64,000 nucleotides of DNA from the human T2T-CHM13v2.0 reference genome, Homo sapiens: NCBI RefSeq assembly GCF_009914755.1, contig NC_060928.1; one strand, given 5' to 3'. The position numbers were made by a program, and so were the translations under genes. The notes beneath the pieces were generated by a model. It saw only the letters and a program-made list of their open reading frames with translations, was not told where the DNA came from and ran no database searches. This document shows positions 53,596 to 64,000 of the stretch, in pieces. Every line of letters begins with the position of its first letter. Position 1 is the stretch's first letter.

Positions 53596-56519
53596 CAAAA
53601 CAAAAAGCAAACAAAAAAGCCAATATTGCATCCCAGCAGTAATGATGGATACTAATACCAACCTTTCCTAAAGAATATCTTCATTTAACTCAACATTTAG
53701 TTTCCTGCAGACGGATCCTTGAGGATGACTGTAAACGATTCCATCTTAACCAAGTAGTGGTCCCAATTGCAGCTACTATTTTGGACATAGTATTGTTATT
53801 AGAGAAGATTATTAAAGTTTCACACACTTCATAAGAAGCCATTGATTTGGAGAATGTATTTTTTTTCCATCCTAATCAAGAGGATTCAGAAACATCTTAT
53901 ACTCGTATGAAAAGAACACCAACATTTATCTGTCATTTTATACCACTATTATGTTAACTATCTCACACTGTCACAACACAGTCTAAAAAGAACATGGCCT
54001 TCCTGTCATCTTTCAGAATATCACATTGATGCATTACATGTGTGAAATCATGTTGACTGAACAGGGCAAGCTGGAGGGGCTAATATCCTAATGGCCTGGG
54101 TAATACCTATGCTTCCCAGAAGGCAGAAGATAAAATTACAAAGATACAGGTGGGCCCATAGATCAGGGACATGTTGAGATACTCCCACAAAAGTAAAAGA
54201 AAAAATGTGCTATTTTGTATCCCATACCATAAAACAAAAAGGAACTACGATCACTAGTAGTTTTCTTTGGGTCCTAGGAGCAATTCATGCCACACTAAGG
54301 AATTCCTTTCTGGTACATATACTGAGGAATACAGAAGACTGCCAGATTTGAGTGTTGCTTGAAGCAGAAAAGAACTGCAGCAGATATAGGCAATGATAGA
54401 AGCAGTTTTCCTTCTTGGGCCATATGATCCAGCAGTTCTCAGGCTGTTGAAGCTATCAGTAATATGCAGTGGATGGCAAGTACAAATGGGGTTCTGAAGA
54501 AGGCTAGGCTATCTGGAATCAAGGAAGAACTGCTGGTGTGTCATTACTGACCATGGAGCACTACATGACAAAGCATCTGGAACTTCCTTTTGTGAGCTGG
54601 CTGCTTTTAACTTGCCAAATCATAAAACTTGCTGGACATGCCCAGCAAGCAGTTCATTATAATATTTTAACGGTGGTTTTAGGATCAAGCCTGTGCGGGA
54701 CAAGAGGGCAGGAGTAAACCCTATAGCTGGAAGCCCCAGAGTTGCCATGCCCCTCACCGTAGTTTACACAGTGCACCTCCACTAGCACATATCTATGGCC
54801 ACTGGAAGTTTCTGTAAGACTTGGCTTAAAGAGAAAAAGCCTAAACTTGGTTTAAAGCCCAGTAAATTGGTATAGGCCAAAAATGGATAGTAGTTGCATT
54901 ACAGTTACATTTGCAAATTATCTTGAGAACCAGTGAAGAGAAAACAATCTTCTCAATGGGCAAAGATAAAATAAATGCACCTGGTCATCTACTTTTGTGA
55001 AAGCAAAAGTGCTCTGAAGTAGGAATATATACAAACTTCTGGTCAGTGTCCAATCATCTAGCCAAATGCCAGGGTGCCTGGAAGGAAAAGATTTGAAAAT
55101 TCAAAGACAAGGAAGTCTTGGGTAGATTCATGAGAATGAGCATATGGCAATGTGCCCAAAGTGTGAAGATTTTTGCATCACATAGAATTTCCCTTTATAA
55201 AGCACTTATCATAGAAAAGCCACTGAACACATAAGTGTGGACCTTGACCCTGAATCAACAGCCGTCCCAGAACTAGCATAATAGTCATAAGAATGGAGTG
55301 GCCATTTGCAGAAATGGTGCCATGGTTTATTACTTACTAAGGCTGACCTAGATAATACTACCTTTGAATGTCCAACCTAAAGCCACAGAGACTACTGCTG
55401 ATAAAGTCTATTCCTAAACAGATCAGTAGTTCTCTAGGTGGCAAGTTGACTACATTGAGCCCCTCTATCCTGAAGGGGCCAGTGGCTTGTCCTCAAAGAT
55501 AGATACCTATTCTGGGTATGGGTTTTTCCTTTCTTGCCTGCTGAACCACTTTCCATAGGCTTATGGTTTCTTATGGTAATTAAAGAATGCCTGATCCATA
55601 GGCATGAATTCTCAGCAACATAGCAACTGACCAGATAACTCATTTCATAGCCAAATAGAAGCAGGAATAGGTCCATAATTTTGGGGTTCACTCATTGTAT
55701 CATGTACTAACGCATCCAGAAGTATCTAGCTTTATACAGCATTTGAATGGCCCACTGAAGGCACAGCTGAAGTATGAGCTCAGAGAGGGTACTCTTCAAG
55801 CATGACGTCCCATTCTTCAAAGCACGGTATATGCACTGACTCAACCACCTCCATATTGTTCTATTTCCACATGAGCCAGGAACTAAGAGGTGGAAACAGG
55901 AGTGACCCCATTCATCATTCCTTCCTAGAATCTTTTGTAGGATTTTATGTTTTTGTCCTTGCAGTGCTGGAATCTGTAGGGTTAGAGGTTCTGGTCCCTG
56001 AAAGGAGAGAACTCTTTTCAGTGAAAGAACAATGGCCTTATTGATATGTAAGCTACAGCTGCCACCTGCACACATTGGACTCTTCATTTCCAGCAACCAG
56101 CAATCAAGGAGATAAGTCACTGTCTTGGCAGAGACAATTTATGCAGATCAGTAAGGGAAAAAAAAGGGCTCTTTTTACACAGTGGGGAGAGAGGCATACT
56201 TGTGGAAATCAGATGATCCACTTGGGCACTATTTGATAATCCTTCACCCAATTATAACTGAAAATGGACATGTACAGCAACCTTGGCTTGAGAAGGTTGT
56301 GGTTACCAAACAAAGGCTTGAGTCATACCACCTGTAAGCCACCAAGATCTGCAGAGGTGATAGCTGAGGGTGAGAAGTATTTAGAATGGTTAGTGCAGAA
56401 GGGAGACATGAATACCAGTTGAGGTTCTGAGACCAACTGAAACTCGCTTGTAGATCCACTACCCTGGCTAAGAAAAAGACTATTACCAGCACCCAAAAGC
56501 CTGTGTTATGGCCCCTCAT

Positions 56520-57210
56520 CATCACTATTCCTCACTCCCCTTCCCCTTCTGAAAGTTTAACCTATATTTTGAGTTCTAACAACACAGAACAGCTTTTCTC
56601 CACTTTTAGATTCTTACGTAAATGGAATCATACAATGTGTGCTTTGGGATCTGGCTTCTAATACTCAGTAGTACGTTTATGCATTTTTTTAAATTTTATT
56701 ATTATTATACTTTAAGTTTTCAGGTACATGTGCACAACGTGCAGGTTTATTACATATGTATACATGTGCCATGTTGGTGTGCTGCACCCATTAACTCATC
56801 ATTTAGCATTAGGTATATCTCCTAATGCTATCCCTCCCCTCTCCACCCACCATGGTAGCATTTGGCACCAGTTTGTTTGTTTATATGCTGTGCACTATTC
56901 ATTTTATACACTACCAAAATATATTTTCAAGTTACAGTGATGGGCATTTGAATTTTTTCCAGTTTGAGACTGCTATAAATATTGCTGTCACAAACATTCT
57001 TGTGAATAGTTTTTGGTTGAAATGTGTACATCATGCACAATTTCTGTTGAGTATGCATACCCGGAAGTTTAATTGCCAGTTCATAGAACAAACATATGGT
57101 CAACTTCAGTAAAGAATTCCAAATGCTTTTCCAAAGCAATTTTATCAATTGACACCTCACCAGCAATAAATCAATATTCTAGTTGATTTTCTTTCTTACC
57201 AACACTTATT
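56520..57210 (-). mobile_element. Old L1M 3' region interrupted by a short L1PA 3' end (~56684-56850)
   Basis: aaatggaatcatacaatgtgtgc, gatgggcatttgaattttttccagttt; L1PA tail ttatactttaagttttcaggtacatgtgcacaacgtgcagg. Confidence 0.8.
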
Positions 57211-57234
57211 TGAATACTAATAATAAAAAAACTA

Positions 57235-57660
57235 ATGAGGCTGTTTCCACATGTAAGGAGCTTGAAATTGCCACTTTATCCTAAAAACAAGTAAAAAGCT
57301 GAACAAACTGAAAAATCAACCATTCTATTGATCCAGAGGAGAAATGAGGTCATAGGGCTAACTGCTACCCCCAAATTAAGGAGACAGATAGGCAATACAG
57401 AGAGTCAAAACTTATGGAAGAACAGACTCATGAACTGAAACCTCCACAGGAACCAGTGTCAGGGTGGGAAAACCTAACTATAATTAACAAATTGTAAGAG
57501 GATCAGTAAAAACAATTCTGAGAATTAAACACTCTAGAGGAACTCAGTCATAGAGGTACCTTCACTCTTTTGTGAGTTTTACCCAGGAGCTTGATCAGGT
57601 TCTCACAGTATATATTGGAGAAAAATGCCCTTGTGTTTCCAGCAGGGAAAGAGGAGTCAG
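57235..57660 (+). mobile_element. L1MD/L1MC-type 5' end
   Basis: aacaagtaaaaagctgaacaaactgaaaaatcaac...gaggtcatagggctaactgctacccccaaatt. Confidence 0.65.
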
Positions 57661-57839
57661 GTGGTAGCCTCTGCATAGTTGCCTTGGGCATCTGCCTGCC
57701 AGGACCTCTGTCTGCTTTCCTAACACAAAGCCCCCTCAGGGAGGGTTCTTCCTCATTGGGTACTAATTCAGGCACCTCCATAGGCTCTTGCTTCTCTCAA
57801 GCAGTGTGTGAGGTATTGGATTTTCGGGGGTAAATGTAG

Positions 57840-58170
<331 letters not shown>

Positions 58171-60464
58171 TAAATGTCTAAATATGTTAAAATATGTATG
58201 TGTTATGTTCATAATAAAATAATCAAATAAGTGTTAACAAAAAATGAGAATTATATAATTAGAGCAATAATCCAATTAACACAACAGTACAGCAGCTTTA
58301 ACAAGAAATTGATTAGACATGCAAAATTTGTAAATGATATTATCTGGAGAATTATATTGGCTCTGCTAACAGATGTCTATTTTTAACATTACCAATAACA
58401 TCTTTAGATGGAAGATTTAACATAAATCTACGTCTTTCTTAAAAAAGACAAATTTTAACCACTTTGAAGTAAATTTATAAATGCCCATATGTGAAAAAGT
58501 AATTTCCATAAAAGTGTCCTTCTTTTACACAATGATTTTTTTATAAATATATTTAATGAATCTGACAATTGCATTGAAATTTCAAATATGATCCCTCCTG
58601 ACCATTTCAGAAATTAGCTCACCTTCATTTGTACACCAAGGTTAGACAAAATATTTTGCTACTATGCTTTTATTTTACTGTAGAAATTGTATCAAGGTAG
58701 TTGAAGAATGTATTGGGGTAACAAAAAGGTTTTAGAATTATTTTAGAGACTACAAGGCAGTTATTCATCTTTATTGATAATCTGCTTTGATGTAATCATT
58801 TTTTAGAAAAGAAATTTCTCTTTTTAAACTGACACTATTATATAGCTGATAGAAATAGGAAATTGGTATTGGCTAATGTGAAACTATCATCTTGTAGAGA
58901 AAATAAGGAGCAAGCTAAGACTGAAGCTACATTAAGGTTCTTGAGACTAGGCACGATTCAGGAAATAATCAGGCATCCCTGGTCACATAGCTGACTCTAA
59001 ATTTGACAGGATTATTCACTGATAAGCCCTGCTTGATAGCCAATAAGAGATTATGCTAGGGAAAGCAGTTGCCAGAGGATGAAAATTAGTGCTAAATCAG
59101 TAAAAATAGAGTACGCTGCTACATTGTGAAGACGGAAGAGGTTTTATAACAAGCTTTTTAAAAATAGAATATTATGTAGTAAAAAAATTAAAACAGCTAT
59201 CATAAATCAGGTCTTGTGTAGAAATTGAGATTTTTTTTCAAAAGTTATCTTTTATGTCTAAAACTGCTTTGCATGGAAATCGTGTTAGTAAAAAGACCTA
59301 AAAGTGAGCTGTCTAAAGGGGAAATTAAAGTTGGTGACAATTATGTAAGAAATGACATTTAGCTTTGTCTAGGACTGACATGAAATGACCACAGGTGCAA
59401 CCTTGACTTGGAAAAAATAATTTGACAATCATAAATCTCAGAATTTTAACGTTTAATTAGAGAATAAAAGTTTAAGGTTGTTATCAGGATACTGAGAATG
59501 GATGTACTTGCAGTACGTCAATACAATCTGTAACATACAATATTAAGGTATTTACCTTATTGATTAATGAAACAGAGTACTCTGGAGAACTCTTGTAGCT
59601 GAATGTTAATATTATTTGTAAAAACATATTTGATATCAAATATATCGTATGGTAGATAAGTAGCACATCCTGACATATAATTTACACATTCAAATAGAAA
59701 TGTAAATTATCTTAATCTAATCACTGCAAATTTGCTCTGTATTGTTTTATTAATCTTACAACTTTAGACTTTCCCTGATTCTACCATGATTATAGCAGGG
59801 TACCAATTTAAACTTTTTAAGATATTCAAACTTTTTATGAGAGCTTTCTCCCAAAATGGGCAAAGTTAAAATGAAGAAGAAAATCATTTCTAGATTATTT
59901 AGATGAGTCTGTTGTCATTATAACTGAAATCAGGAATGGAATATACAATTTACTTTTCAAACGTTAGCACTGAACTTACTGGTCATAAAGACAAAAATGA
60001 GAATGCTCTTACATTATTCTTACTGATAAATAGTTGGAAACATATAAGATTTCTACAGATATTTTTTCTCTCCTATAACCCTTTGAGTTATTCTATAAAC
60101 TATAAAGAATAATCCATTCTACCTGACATTTGTGTCAAAATCTATTTTATTCTTACAACTTTTTCTGTATTGTTGTAAGATACTATCATCACAGACTGAG
60201 CCTATCTGGGAAGATGAAAGATTTCTTCCAAAGATGATATTCCGAATAGGTCACATCCATAAGCACTGGAGATTCTTTATGCTTGTGTTGCTTAAGATAG
60301 CAAGAGAAAATATCCTGGATTTGAATACTTGTGCCGATGATGTTATATTTATAAATTTTGTTGAATTACTTGACTTCACTGAGAATAATGTTCACATTTG
60401 AAGTGTGGTACTAACAATATATACCTTGAAGATTTGTTGTAAGGTTTATAACATAGTAAGCTAC

Positions 60465-60806
60465 TGCGATGATCTAAATGTTTGAATCCTCCCAAAATCC
60501 GTATGTTGAGAATCTAATGATAATGTGATGGTATTAGATGATTATATTCCAATGACCTTATGAATGGATGGGTTTAATGCCTTTAAAAAGAGGCCTCAGA
60601 GAGCTGCCTTGCCCCTTCCCTCATGTGAGAACACAAGGAGAAGGTGCCATCTATGAGCCATAAAATGGGCCTCATCAGATGCCGAATCTGTCAGTGCCTT
60701 GATTGCTGAGGTCCCAGCCTTCAGAACTGTGAGAACTTAATTTCTGTTGTTTATAAGCTAGCCAGTGTAAGGTATTTTGTTATAGAGGCCAAAAGTGACT
60801 AAGACA
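60465..60806 (+). mobile_element. MLT1A0-like solo LTR
   Basis: tg...aatgtgatggtattag...gagaaggtgccatctatgag...gactaagaca; 5-bp TSD gctac/ggtac. Confidence 0.88.
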
Positions 60807-62600
60807 GGTACTTAAAAAATACTTGGTGAATCAATGCATCTTTGAAACTTGTATGTAAAATCTTTGGCATACAGTAGACTCTAGAAAAAGGCTATTTGCA
60901 ATAATGATTCTTTCCTGCTGTGACAAATTTATAAGCATTTAGAAAAAATATCGACCTGTTACCCTAATATAAATAATATTTTGGAGGAGAACAAGCGTTG
61001 GGATAATTTCATTTAGTTTTCTTTGCTTAAAGATATCTTACGTTAAGAACTGTGTTCTTCCAAAGAGTCAAGCCCATGATATGAAACCACAAACACTGCT
61101 GAGGAATCAAAGGGCTTCCACAGTTTGTTTTGCCATTTTCTGATTGCTTAAGTGATATCAAGAGACCTTCCTCCCTATTTTGTAAAAAGAGCATGAAATA
61201 TCAGAGAGAGCCCATGTAAAAACATACATCAGCTATCTATAAAGGCAGTCCTTTTCTGAGTCTAGGGATCAAACTGTTTTTTATATTGTTTTGTATGAAC
61301 TAAACATTGTAGTGTCTTTTGTGGCTTTTTTTTTTTTCCTATGGGCTAAGTGCTCTGATGTTCAAGGAATAATATGCTGGCCCTAGCGCCATAGAGCTCT
61401 GTGTATAATTGAATTCTCACTTTAATTTCTTGTTCTCCGTTTTCCGTATGTTTGCAGGTAGCTGTGCTTCCGAGGCTCCATTCAGGTTGTTCAATAACTG
61501 AAAGACTCCTTGAGGGATCAAATATTTTTATGCCAATTTCTACTGAGGCTAAAGTTTAAAACGAAATACCAAAACATGAGCTATAGCTTTATTCAGAAAT
61601 TCACTTGTTCTCAGAGCCTTTAAATTGGCTATAAGCAAGGTCACTAAAACTGCATGAACTTGATCTTGTTACTTCTCAGCCTCCCAAGCCTCACAGTAAC
61701 CTTGAGGAAAAGTTTAGTGTCTCCAAACCAAGCATTTGATTAGAGTTAATCCTAAATGCAAGGATACAATTATTTTACCTCCATTTAAATTTAAAATTCA
61801 TTTTAAAACTTAAAAAACTAAAAGTATGTATTTGTTGTCATGTTATCTGCTACATTTGTAACATTGGTCCCTGAGTTATTTCACTAATTGCTTTAAAACC
61901 AAGGTTCAGAGTACTGAAATTGTGTGTACAGCTTTATTAATCCTAGTTTTGAGTTGGTCTTTTTTCCTTCCATAGGGTAACCTCAAACCTTGATTAGTTA
62001 TTTAAAAATCAATATCTTATAAAGAGAAAATTGCTTTTATATTTTACTCTACAGTGTTTTGCTACACATAGCATTATTGGTTTAAACAAAATGTTAACTG
62101 TTTAAATCAAAAGCAAACCTTATACATGGCTATGTACGGAAGATTCAGTGGGCATAGGCTACTGTGTGGCGAAGGAAAACACATTACTAAACTAGTTTAT
62201 CATCTACTGATTCTCCAAAATTCATTTAAAATCTGGATTAATTCTGCCAAGTCTGCTTATTGTGTTCTCCATGTGTCTTTGCATCTGTTTATTTTTTATG
62301 ACACATGCTTTTAAGGGGTTGGTATTCAAAGACCTTAAACTTTCCAATCAGAAACTACTGATTCCATGATTTTATTAGAGGCTGAAAATATCCTTTGGAT
62401 GCTCTTCTTTTTAGGAAGAATGTGGAGCCATTTCATAGTCAGTGTGCCCTCGTATATAACATGCTCACAGCAAAATGCTGAATCTCTGGAAGGGCCCATT
62501 TATTCTTAAAAATACCAACAGATTAGGCGTTGGAATGGTATTGAAGGATATCATTCCAAGATATTCAGGAAAACATGCAGAATATAATAGAATTAGGTTA

Positions 62601-62950
<350 letters not shown>

Positions 62951-63142
62951 AAAAACTGACCAGAAGTGTCTTGTTTTCCTCGAACTGAACATATTTTAAT
63001 GTTTTAAGGTAAATATAATGCTTCTCGAATTAAAGCATGAAAGAACTGCTTGTTGTTCTTTCTGTGAAGCCATTTATAATTATTCTGCTAAATGGTGTAA
63101 TTTTGTAATTACATGTAAGTAGCGCTGGGTTTTTTTTTTTAA

Positions 63143-63690
<548 letters not shown>

Positions 63691-63716
63691 CAAGCACTAT
63701 TAAGAAAAGCTTTGGG

Positions 63717-64000
<284 letters not shown>

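Larger units (their letters stand above)
52740..56480 (+). mobile_element. Decayed ERVL-class internal region (gag-pro-pol-integrase)
   Basis: Reads as HERV-L-like RT (NQVVVPIAA...AIDLENVFF, ~53750-53870) and integrase (WQVDYI, IDTYSGYG, ~55440-55520) with many stops and frameshifts. Confidence 0.85.

Noticed and set aside
52740-56480. Domesticated ERVL gag/pol gene
   Set aside because: RT and integrase motifs are interrupted by many stops and frameshifts; no long sense ORF.

Overview
AT-rich, CpG-poor primate (human or great-ape-like) genomic DNA with no CpG island and no intact protein-coding gene. Much of the window is interspersed repeats: Alu/FAM/FLAM, young L1PA and old L1M/L1PB, L2, MIR, MaLR and ERVL LTRs (including an MLT1 LTR-int-LTR provirus and a decayed ERVL gag-pol), and MER58A, MER5A and MADE1 DNA transposons. 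Most ORF-track entries are repeat-derived or chance ORFs. The main signal in unique sequence is on the minus strand at about 7800-6490. There a Kozak ATG, canonical splice sites and, read through several stops and frameshifts, a type II membrane N-terminus followed by collinear TNF-homology-domain motifs suggest a decayed, unprocessed TNF-superfamily ligand pseudogene most reminiscent of CD30L/TNFSF8. Other observations: an NF-kB/STAT/ETS/GATA motif cluster inside a candidate spliced plus-strand non-coding exon (~33.3-34.0 kb), a short L1 3' transduction, a 3x60-bp tandem repeat, a perfect 26-bp palindrome, templated inverted insertions and a closely spaced inverted Alu pair. Repeat subfamily names and protein similarities come from recalled consensus sequences, not from searches; boundaries of old repeats are approximate.
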